The position numbers and the translations under genes were made by a program. A DNA stretch of 64,000 nucleotides, taken from positions 10,078 through 74,077 of the forward strand of contig JBDRGF010000075.1 of the NCBI GenBank assembly GCA_043818055.1, written 5' to 3'. Below are positions 9,999-18,177 of the stretch, one piece after another (positions within the stretch are counted from its first letter, which is position 1; each line of letters begins with the position of its first letter). The stretch comes from Pseudomonadota bacterium. Its GTDB lineage: Bacteria; UBA10199; 2-02-FULL-44-16; JBDRGF01. The notes under the pieces were generated by a model that saw nothing but the letters and a program-made list of their open reading frames with translations, made no database searches and had not been told where the DNA came from.

Positions 9999-11233
9999 AA
10001 ATGTTAGGCGCATTAAAATTGAACAGAAATTTTTGGCTGCTCATAACAGGCCAGTTCACATCGAATATCGGCAGCACAATTTCAGAGCTGGGAATATCTT
10101 GGCTCGTCCTCAAGGAGTACTCGATCACAGAGTTTACCATATTTTCCGGAATATGCTTGCTGCCAAGGGTTATTCTGACTCCTCTGTTAGCCCCCCTCTT
10201 TGAAAGGGTGAATAAGAAGTTGCTGATGATCTTGTCTGATATCGTAAAAGGCATCTGTTTGTTTACAATGTATCTGCTCTTTCTCACGAAGGGTCTCAGA
10301 TACGAGTATATCGTTTCCTTGATGTTTGTTCACGGACTTGTCGGCGTTTTGTTCAGCATTGCGGTAGAACCTCTGTATTACGACATATTATCGTTGGACG
10401 AATATCCAAAGGGGACATCGCTCAGAGAATTATTTGGCCGCATGGCGCCTCTCATCGGACCTTCAGCGACTGCCATAATAATGGCAATATCCGGAAACAT
10501 CGGTCTTTTGCTTCTTATAGATTCAATTACTTTTTTTGTCTCAGCCCTTTGTATCGTTTTTATCCGCTTGCATATGAAAACAGACTTTGAAAAAACGCCC
10601 AAGACAACAGGGTTTAGTTCGTATGCTAAAAATCTGTTTCAGGGGTTGGCGTATGTCAGCAAAAACAAAAATCTGTTGATGCTCTTTACGTCGTTGATAG
10701 CGATTGGGTCTATGTTGGGGGTTTTGGCTTCAATAATGCCGATATACATACGGGATCATCTCTCTTCGGGAGTTGTTGGGTTGAGTATTTTTCAGTTGAT
10801 AGGTAATGCAGGCGCTATAATCGTAGCTATCGGATTGACGATTTGGCAGTACAAAAGCTCACATTCGAGTATATATTCCTTTGGCGTTGGCATCATTGGC
10901 ATTGTCGTCATGGGGCTGGTCGTCACTTCAAATTTCTATGCAGCGACATTCATATACTTTTTGCTGCAGGTGACGATCACCATCGCAAGCTATGCGGCAA
11001 AAATCCTTTTACGGGAAAATATCGAAGATGACTACAAAACCAGGGCATATTCGTTGATGTCCATGGAGCAGCTGTTGCAACCGATAACCATCTCTCTGTC
11101 AGGGCTCGCAATAAAAGCAATCGGGATTGATAGCATCGTGATGATCATAGGTATTACTATAATGATAATAGGGCTTGTTTTGTTGGTGATAAATTTTAAA
11201 ACGAGTCTTGTTTTTTCCAGAATTTTGGACTGA
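9995..11233 (+). CDS. MFS transporter (macrolide-efflux/DHA3-like)
   Basis: NRNFWLLITGQFTSNIG start, ~12 TM; ATGA overlap with the RND stop. Confidence 0.85.
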   Translation: MKMLGALKLNRNFWLLITGQFTSNIGSTISELGISWLVLKEYSITEFTIFSGICLLPRVILTPLLAPLFERVNKKLLMILSDIVKGICLFTMYLLFLTKGLRYEYIVSLMFVHGLVGVLFSIAVEPLYYDILSLDEYPKGTSLRELFGRMAPLIGPSATAIIMAISGNIGLLLLIDSITFFVSALCIVFIRLHMKTDFEKTPKTTGFSSYAKNLFQGLAYVSKNKNLLMLFTSLIAIGSMLGVLASIMPIYIRDHLSSGVVGLSIFQLIGNAGAIIVAIGLTIWQYKSSHSSIYSFGVGIIGIVVMGLVVTSNFYAATFIYFLLQVTITIASYAAKILLRENIEDDYKTRAYSLMSMEQLLQPITISLSGLAIKAIGIDSIVMIIGITIMIIGLVLLVINFKTSLVFSRILD

Positions 11234-11249
11234 AATCCAGGATTCTGGA
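11216..11249 (+). promoter_or_regulatory. Paired 14-bp palindromes (putative bEBP enhancer/UAS), operon 2
   Basis: TCCAGAATTTTGGA (11216-11229) and TCCAGGATTCTGGA (11236-11249), 20-bp period. Confidence 0.75.
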
Positions 11250-11336
11250 CAGAAAATTAGGATTTTATCCGGCTAAATTGACTGTGTAGTTGTGTAACCA
11301 TATAAAATATAACGTTTTGTGTTTTTTCCTCCACTT

Positions 11337-11352
11337 TGGCACATGGATTGCT
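11337..11352 (+). promoter_or_regulatory. Sigma54 -24/-12 promoter, RiPP operon 2
   Basis: TGGCAC-ATGGA-TTGCT; flanks ACTTTGGCAC....TTGCTATA identical to promoter 1. Confidence 0.85.
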
Positions 11353-11510
11353 ATATATTTCAAAAAGTTAAGCAACAAGTTGTAATAGAGTGCGATAATG
11401 GTGGGGTAATATAAAGTTACGTAATGAAGTTTTTATATTCAAATTGAAATTGAAATTTATTTTCTAATGAAACATGACTTACCGTAATGATAATCAATGG
11501 TAAGAGGCAT

Positions 11511-12731
11511 ATGGTAAATAATAAAAACCTTTTACAGATATCCTACTTTATTAATCAATTAGGTACTTATACAAGCTATCTTGCCATCATTGCAATAGCT
11601 CGGGAACACAATAATTCTATAAATTCTATTGCTATGGTATTGGGTGCTTCAGCGGCAGGGACAATGGTTGGGTGGCTTTTGACAATGAAATATCTTAAAA
11701 ATGTGCACGCAAAACTTCTCCTTTCGTCATCGTTGATATTGTCAGGTTTGATGATGGTATCAATTTTATGTCTGGTTAATTGGTGGCTAGTTGTTGCTGC
11801 TTTTTTTGTGTTAGGAATGTGTACCAATACCTACATGTCATCATTCTATACTTTAATTCCCAGGATGATCAAAAAAACAGATGTGCCTAATATTAATCAG
11901 AACATTCAGATATTGTCTCAATTAGCCATAGTTATAGGTGCGATTTTGGGCGGCATTTTGTTAGATCGGTTTGGGTTTAGGCTTCCGCTATTTGTTGATA
12001 TTATTTCTTATTTATTAGTTGGGGTTGTTTATATGTGTCTTTCCCATAATAGATTTGTAATTTTATCAGCAGAGAAAGCGAATGATAATACGAAAGACCA
12101 AGAAGTGGTACGTCCAAAATGTCCATTTCAAAGGACATTGTTATTTTCTCCATTGGTGTTGGCTTTTCTGGTGGCTTTTGCTGCAGGTGCATATAATGTG
12201 ATTGAAATTCCATTTTTCACCGATATTTTAGGGTTGCCCTATCGCTACATTGGATTTTATTTTTCAATTTCGGTATTGGGAATTCCAGTTTTTCATGCTT
12301 TGGTACGTAAAAAGATGTTGCAAATGGAGTCGCTGCGATCCCTGTTTATCGGTATTGCATTAGGTGGTTTGGTTTATTTAGTATGGGGTATGCAGAGCAG
12401 CTTATGGATAACTGGTCTTTTGTTAATTTTATTCAGCCTCTTTCAATTAGTTATATTCACTTCAGTGAATAATTATCTACATGCCCATGTATTGGAAGAT
12501 AATAAACTTCAAACGGTTTTTTCAACTTTGCAATTTGGGAGACGTGTGGCAGCTCTGCTGGGTAAATTAGCGATTCCCTTTATTGTAGGTTTTGCAGGAG
12601 AAAAATTTTCTTTTTCAGTGCTAGGTGTTATTATGATAATTGGATTGATTGTTGTTTTGATAACCAAAAGAGTGATAGAAGGAAGTATGAGTATTGTTGG
12701 AGATTTACAACAAAATGCCGCCGAATATTAA
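11511..12731 (+). CDS. MFS transporter
   Basis: ~12 hydrophobic segments, GGILLDRFG motif; start after AAGAGG RBS (alternative 11487). Confidence 0.8.
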   Translation: MVNNKNLLQISYFINQLGTYTSYLAIIAIAREHNNSINSIAMVLGASAAGTMVGWLLTMKYLKNVHAKLLLSSSLILSGLMMVSILCLVNWWLVVAAFFVLGMCTNTYMSSFYTLIPRMIKKTDVPNINQNIQILSQLAIVIGAILGGILLDRFGFRLPLFVDIISYLLVGVVYMCLSHNRFVILSAEKANDNTKDQEVVRPKCPFQRTLLFSPLVLAFLVAFAAGAYNVIEIPFFTDILGLPYRYIGFYFSISVLGIPVFHALVRKKMLQMESLRSLFIGIALGGLVYLVWGMQSSLWITGLLLILFSLFQLVIFTSVNNYLHAHVLEDNKLQTVFSTLQFGRRVAALLGKLAIPFIVGFAGEKFSFSVLGVIMIIGLIVVLITKRVIEGSMSIVGDLQQNAAEY

Positions 12732-12750
12732 ATTAGAGAAAGGAGGAGGT

Positions 12751-12831
12751 ATGAAGCAAATGGATTTGCTTGGATTGGACAACATTGAAATTCAGCAAGA
12801 AGGATGTTGCCCTCAGGGAATTGACGGATAA
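12751..12831 (+). CDS. RiPP precursor peptide A3, 26 aa: MKQMDLLGLDNIEIQQEGCCPQGIDG
   Basis: Hand translated; strong AGGAGGAGGT RBS; GLDNIEIQQEG matches the A1/A2 leader; followed by hairpin, methyltransferase and rSAM. Confidence 0.82.
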   Translation: MKQMDLLGLDNIEIQQEGCCPQGIDG

Positions 12832-12864
12832 TACATCAAGAATATTCATATTATTATGAATCTA

Positions 12865-12902
12865 TTATCCGGGGGATCTCATTGCTTTAGTCCCCCGGAT
12901 AA
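12865..12902 (+). terminator. Stem-loop after precursor A3
   Basis: Perfect 12-bp stem TTATCCGGGGGA / TCCCCCGGATAA; no U-tract. Confidence 0.6.
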
Positions 12903-12925
12903 CATGATTCAAAAGGAGTGATGCG

Positions 12926-13936
12926 ATGAATCCTGTAAGTCAGATGAGAAGTTGGATTAATTCTATGCACATTGCTAAGGCTGTTAATATTGGTGTTGAG
13001 GTGGGATTATTCGGTGTGATTGCTGAAATAAAATGTCCAACAACAGTTCAAGAACTAGCCAGGCAAGCTTGCTGTGATCAGGGATATGTAGAATCCTGGA
13101 TACATGTTATGCAAGCGGCAGGAATTATTGATGTTGATCAAAATGGTCATCTGTCGTTTGTTAGTGACTGGAAGGAAGCCCTTACAGATCGAGATAGTGA
13201 TAAATATGTGCCGCCGATGATGGAATGTCATTTCGCTATTGCAGATACCTATCCGAGATTTGCAAAATTTTTTAGAAATGGAAATTGCATGCATTCAAAT
13301 GAATTCAGTGAACCACTGCTGGTCGGTATTGCTGCGGATGCAGTGCGATTTGCAAACTATTTTTTGCATGTAGCTGTGGATAAGATTCCAGATTTGAAGC
13401 TAAAACTGGAAGAAGGAATAGATGTTTTAGACGTGGGTTGTGGTGGCGGGCAATTTCTTTCAAAAATAGCAACACAATTTCCAAAGTCGCGCTATGTAGG
13501 TATCGACCCGTTAGATAAAGTTATTGATATGGCTAGGGAGGAGGCCAAACATTATAAAGTAGAGAGTAGAGTAGATTTTATTGTCGGTTGCGGTTCCGAA
13601 ATCAAAAAGGAATGTGCTGATTTAATAATTCTTAATGAAGTACCTCACGAAATGGATGCTAAAGTAAGACAACCGGTGCTGGATGCTTGTTGTAAAGCAT
13701 TGAAAAAGGATGGTCTTTTGTTTCTGGTTGATATTTTGGCCCCCGAAAATGCCGGGGATTATGTACGGCCTAATTTCTTATTATCATCACTAGTTCAGTT
13801 TTTTGAAAAACCATGGGGTTCAAAATTGTTGACATACTCAGAATTGAAAATCTTAATTAGAAATGCAGGTTTTTCGGATTTGACACACTTGGTGTCAGCA
13901 GATGATGTAGTTGTCGCATATACAAAACCCATATAG
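12926..13936 (+). CDS. Class I SAM-dependent methyltransferase with N-terminal winged-helix domain
   Basis: VLDVGCGGG motif I, GID, ALKKDG; N-terminal wHTH/dimerisation-like region. Confidence 0.85.
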   Translation: MNPVSQMRSWINSMHIAKAVNIGVEVGLFGVIAEIKCPTTVQELARQACCDQGYVESWIHVMQAAGIIDVDQNGHLSFVSDWKEALTDRDSDKYVPPMMECHFAIADTYPRFAKFFRNGNCMHSNEFSEPLLVGIAADAVRFANYFLHVAVDKIPDLKLKLEEGIDVLDVGCGGGQFLSKIATQFPKSRYVGIDPLDKVIDMAREEAKHYKVESRVDFIVGCGSEIKKECADLIILNEVPHEMDAKVRQPVLDACCKALKKDGLLFLVDILAPENAGDYVRPNFLLSSLVQFFEKPWGSKLLTYSELKILIRNAGFSDLTHLVSADDVVVAYTKPI

Positions 13937-13944
13937 ATATATTA

Positions 13945-15177
13945 ATGAAAAAAAATTATCATAATATTTTAGTTGATGGAAAAAAAATTCGTTTTTATCC
14001 CGATGAAATGTTATTTTATAAAGGCAGTTCATTTCCGAAGGATGTGGATAAAGATAGAAATGTGAGGCCATCCGTTTGTAAATCGGTAAAGATCGCAAAC
14101 AGCAGGAAACTACAACTGGCGTTGACAATCACTAAGAGCTGCAACATGAAATGTACATATTGCTATGATAAGAAAAATATGAATATTTCTTCTAATTCGA
14201 AAAATATGCATTTTAGTACACTATGCGATGCAGTGAATAAGTTTTGTAATAGCAGGATTGGTAATTACAATATACATTTCATAGGTGGAGAGCCGCTTTT
14301 ATGTCTGGATTTAATCAAACAAACTGTAGATTATTGCAATAAGAAGGCTGCAATTGATAGCTCGGTATTTACATATAGTATTTCGACTAACGGTACAATA
14401 ATTGACAAAGCCATAGCAAAGTATTTTTCCGAAAATAAAATTAAAATAAGATTAACCTTTGATGGTGTAGAAGAATCTCAGAATGTCAATCGACCGATGC
14501 GCAATCGGGAGCAGAGCTTTTCTCATGTGGTACGATCGTTATCAAATCTAAGAAATGCAAGTTGTGATTTTAGTGTTATATCTGTACTTCATCCCAATTT
14601 TCTTCATAAAATGCTTAAAGCTTTTGAAAATATAATTCAATACAATCCAAATGCGATAAAATTTGTTCCTCTAATAAATATAGATGCGCTTGGATGTAAG
14701 TATGTCAGTGATCATAGTGTCATGTTTGCAGAATCTCTTCGGAATATCGCTAATCAATTGATCAGTAGAAAAGATGAAAAAACAATTATGAAAATTAAGA
14801 ATATAAGCGTGTATTTGCCTTATATTCATAATCGTATAGCGAACATCAAGGGGTGTATTGCAGTTAATAAACAATCATATGCAGTGAATGTAGATGGTTC
14901 TGTGTATCCATGCTCAACCTTTGTTGGTATAGATACTCATCGTTTGGGGATGATAAATGATTATGAACTCAATCCTAATTCCATAAAATGTGAATCAATA
15001 ACGACGAGATGTTTATCCTGCTGGGCACGAACATTATGTCCTGGAGTATGTGCTTATACTGCCGATAATAATTCAGCATGCTCATCAGCAATGAATTGTG
15101 AGTTTATAAAAGGAGAGATTACTGTTGCTTTGGAAGTATATAGCAAGTTGTATCCTCATAAAATTAGAAGGGAGTGA
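13945..15177 (+). CDS. Radical SAM/SPASM protein (anSME/ranthipeptide-maturase-like)
   Basis: CNMKCTYC, FIGGEPLL, STNGT, SPASM C..VNVDGSVYPC and CLSCWARTLCPGVC..C. Confidence 0.88.
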   Translation: MKKNYHNILVDGKKIRFYPDEMLFYKGSSFPKDVDKDRNVRPSVCKSVKIANSRKLQLALTITKSCNMKCTYCYDKKNMNISSNSKNMHFSTLCDAVNKFCNSRIGNYNIHFIGGEPLLCLDLIKQTVDYCNKKAAIDSSVFTYSISTNGTIIDKAIAKYFSENKIKIRLTFDGVEESQNVNRPMRNREQSFSHVVRSLSNLRNASCDFSVISVLHPNFLHKMLKAFENIIQYNPNAIKFVPLINIDALGCKYVSDHSVMFAESLRNIANQLISRKDEKTIMKIKNISVYLPYIHNRIANIKGCIAVNKQSYAVNVDGSVYPCSTFVGIDTHRLGMINDYELNPNSIKCESITTRCLSCWARTLCPGVCAYTADNNSACSSAMNCEFIKGEITVALEVYSKLYPHKIRRE

Positions 15178-15186
15178 CGAATTGCC

Positions 15187-16371
15187 ATGAATAACCTAAT
15201 AAAAAAAGCATTTCAACTTTGCTGTTTTTTAATTATCATACTAATACCATTTTATATTCAAGCGGATCAAAATATTACAATAGCGCTGGTGAATAATTTT
15301 TCGGATTTTAGATCTCCATGTGGTGATCCTAAAGGAGAAAACTTTTTGAATGCTTTGAATTTAGCATTGGAAGATTTTTTAAAAGATCATAAAAAATATT
15401 CAGATCAAATAATACTTAGAAAATATGATTATGGTAATTCACCACTTAATACGGAACGTATTACATTAGAAGCTGTTCGCTCCGATGCAGTAGCATTAAT
15501 TGGATATCCATGCTCTAGTTTTGCTCTTCTTGCTGCTCCAATAGCTGAGGCGCACAATGTTGCTATGATTACGCCATCGGCTACAATTGATTCATTAACC
15601 GAGAGTCGTGAATATGTATATCGCGCTTCATTTAGGGATGAAGATCAAGCTAAAGTTATGGCGGAATTTCTGGCAAATGATCTGGATAAGAAAAAGGCTG
15701 TAGTTATTGTTAATCAGAATTACCCATATTGCACTAATTTATCAGAGCAATTCCAGCATTATTTTAAAAAATATGGAGGAAAGATTGTAAAAGTGTTTAA
15801 CACGCTTTCGAGCCAAAAAAGCTATAATAAAGAAGTAAATGAAATGAATCACTTATCATATGATGTAGTTTTTATTCCTAATCATGAAATGGAGAGCGCT
15901 ACTATGGTTAAAGAAATATATAATTTGAGTATGGAAACCACTGTTGCTGGTGGAGACGGATGGGGGAATTTGTATGGGTATATTTTTCCTGCTATAGTTG
16001 GAAATAAAAAAATTGATGCGTATGCAATTGCTCATTGGAATCGTGATTCTGTTGACACTAGTTCAAAAGAATTTCAGAAAAGGTATTATAATCGTTTTGG
16101 ATTTTATCCAAACGATAATTCAGCATTAGCTTATGATGCTATGAGTCTGCTTTTACATGCAATATCTAAGGCGAAAAAAATAAATAGGAAAGAAATCAAC
16201 GCAGAGCTCAAATCAATCCGGTCTCATTTCGGTGTAACTGGGAGATTCTCTTATAATCGAGGTAATGGAACGCCTTCAAAAAATGTTTATATAGTAAAAT
16301 ATCCTCAACCCAATTTGTCTCATGAAGGTGATCGTAGATTTGAGCATTACAAGAGTGTTATCGTAAAATAA
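15187..16371 (+). CDS. Periplasmic binding protein (LivJ/branched-chain amino acid-binding family)
   Basis: Signal peptide; ALIGYPCSS, ITPSAT, GGDGW, ALAYDA, GVTG motifs; no ABC permease or ATPase nearby. Confidence 0.85.
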   Translation: MNNLIKKAFQLCCFLIIILIPFYIQADQNITIALVNNFSDFRSPCGDPKGENFLNALNLALEDFLKDHKKYSDQIILRKYDYGNSPLNTERITLEAVRSDAVALIGYPCSSFALLAAPIAEAHNVAMITPSATIDSLTESREYVYRASFRDEDQAKVMAEFLANDLDKKKAVVIVNQNYPYCTNLSEQFQHYFKKYGGKIVKVFNTLSSQKSYNKEVNEMNHLSYDVVFIPNHEMESATMVKEIYNLSMETTVAGGDGWGNLYGYIFPAIVGNKKIDAYAIAHWNRDSVDTSSKEFQKRYYNRFGFYPNDNSALAYDAMSLLLHAISKAKKINRKEINAELKSIRSHFGVTGRFSYNRGNGTPSKNVYIVKYPQPNLSHEGDRRFEHYKSVIVK

Positions 16372-16372
16372 T

Positions 16373-18154
16373 ATGCAGCTTAAATTGAGTCATAAAATAA
16401 ACTTCTATTTTATTTTAATCATGCTTCTGGTGACGCTATGTTCTGTTGTATTTATTTTTTACATGGCAAAAGTTGAACGCAGTAAGCAAATCGACATGGC
16501 GGTTTCTAAAATGAAAAATATAGCTGCTATTGAATCAGAAGATATTATTGCTCAAATTCTTTTTCATTCATACTCGTCACTCGATCTAATAAGTAAAAAA
16601 ATTCTAGAAGAAAACAAAAATATATTTGTTGATATTCGACTTAATGATTTTGTTACAGGAAATGAATTGAAATATAAATATTGTATTCCTGATAATAATG
16701 GAGTGTGCTACAACAGGGATGATGATGTGCTTCAATTCGTATATTCCTTGAATTATGGAGGTAAGGATTTAGGAAGCCTCATCATGGCACAACAGATGGG
16801 TTCTTTCACTATGCTGATTAAGCCATCAGTATCAGTAATTGTATTATTTGCATCCTTGGTAACAATAGCGATGCTCGGAATGTTTATGTTCTTTATCAGA
16901 AAAAATATCAGTCAGCCAATCAATATATGTATTCGATCATTTTCAGAAATTAAATCTGGGAAGAGAAAAAATATTCCAAAAATGAATACTCGCGATATGA
17001 ATATACTAGTTGAAAATATTAATTCACTTATGGAAGATTTAGGAATATTTCAAAAAATTGCTGAAAGAAATACACATTTAGCCGCCATAGGACAAATATC
17101 ATCCCACGTCGCACACGATATGCGATCGCCGCTGTCTGTCATACAGGGATATCTGCGGGGAAATCAAAAAAACATGAAACTTCTCGAAGCAGCAAAGGGA
17201 AGCGCAAATAAACTGAATAACATGGCCGATGAACTATTGGATTATGCCAAGGCCTCGAAGATTGAGCCGGTTGCAACATCGTTAAAAAGCCTCGTTGAAA
17301 CCACCGTCAGCAAAGAGGTTAAAAATATCGCCGATGAAAAGGGTGTAAAGCTTATTTATGATGTGAGGGATGATGTTGTTGCTAAGATAGATCATTACCG
17401 AATGGAACGTGTCCTGACCAACCTCATCACGAACGCCGTTCAGGCGATTGATGCGGAATCAGGTGAGGTAAAAGTTTCTGTTAAATCAGACAACGAAAAT
17501 CTCAAAATAACAGTTACAGATAATGGCAGGGGAATAAGCAAAGAAGATCAGAAAAAGATTTTCGATAGCTTTTTCACAAAGGGAAAGATGAGAGGGACAG
17601 GCCTTGGGCTCTCATATTGCAAAAACGTCATAGAGGCACATGGGGGCGCTATTGCAGTAGAGAGTGAAGTTGGAAGAGGAACAGAGTTTTCGATTAATAT
17701 TCCATCTTGTATTACAACACCACATGCCACATGCTACATACCACATGCTGTCCCTAGCCATCAGACATCAGCGGTCAGCGGTCAGCCGACAAAAGGCGAG
17801 TTGGACTCGGATAACGACATCCTCGTCGTCGATGATGATGTGGGAATAATTTTAATATGGTGTGGCCTGATAGAGAAGAAAACAGGAAAACCGCCCATAA
17901 CCGCAAAGAGCCCTGAAGAGATGATGAAAGCCAAAATCGATTACAGCAGGGTATCAAAGGCGATTGTTGACTATCAATATGAGGGAAGTAAGCTCACCGG
18001 CCTCGATGTCGTACAATTTTTGAAAGAGAAGGGCGTGCAGGTGATCCACATGTGCACGGGGATGTATCACGATGAAGAATTGCAATCGCAGGCGAGAAAG
18101 TTAGGCGTTGCTTCGATCATACCTAAGCCTATTAGCGCCGATACGAATATTTGA
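16373..18154 (+). CDS. Membrane hybrid sensor histidine kinase (TM-periplasmic-TM, HisKA, HATPase, REC-like)
   Basis: AHDMRSPL H-box, NLITNA, DNGRG, GTGLGL, C-terminal ILVVDDD receiver. Confidence 0.9.
   Translation: MQLKLSHKINFYFILIMLLVTLCSVVFIFYMAKVERSKQIDMAVSKMKNIAAIESEDIIAQILFHSYSSLDLISKKILEENKNIFVDIRLNDFVTGNELKYKYCIPDNNGVCYNRDDDVLQFVYSLNYGGKDLGSLIMAQQMGSFTMLIKPSVSVIVLFASLVTIAMLGMFMFFIRKNISQPINICIRSFSEIKSGKRKNIPKMNTRDMNILVENINSLMEDLGIFQKIAERNTHLAAIGQISSHVAHDMRSPLSVIQGYLRGNQKNMKLLEAAKGSANKLNNMADELLDYAKASKIEPVATSLKSLVETTVSKEVKNIADEKGVKLIYDVRDDVVAKIDHYRMERVLTNLITNAVQAIDAESGEVKVSVKSDNENLKITVTDNGRGISKEDQKKIFDSFFTKGKMRGTGLGLSYCKNVIEAHGGAIAVESEVGRGTEFSINIPSCITTPHATCYIPHAVPSHQTSAVSGQPTKGELDSDNDILVVDDDVGIILIWCGLIEKKTGKPPITAKSPEEMMKAKIDYSRVSKAIVDYQYEGSKLTGLDVVQFLKEKGVQVIHMCTGMYHDEELQSQARKLGVASIIPKPISADTNI
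17714..17790 (+). repeat. Heptamer tandem repeats in the kinase interdomain linker
   Basis: CACATGC-type then CAGCGGT-type 7-mers, in frame (TPHATCYIPHAVPSHQTSAVSGQP). Confidence 0.65.
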
Positions 18155-18177
18155 ATTCGCTGAGATGGGAGGCAAAG

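Noticed and set aside
11353..11510. Additional precursor ORF after promoter 2
   Set aside because: Only 3-7 codon ORFs without RBS or leader motif.
15187..16371. Branched-chain amino acid ABC uptake system
   Set aside because: No permease or ATPase genes; it abuts a histidine kinase instead.
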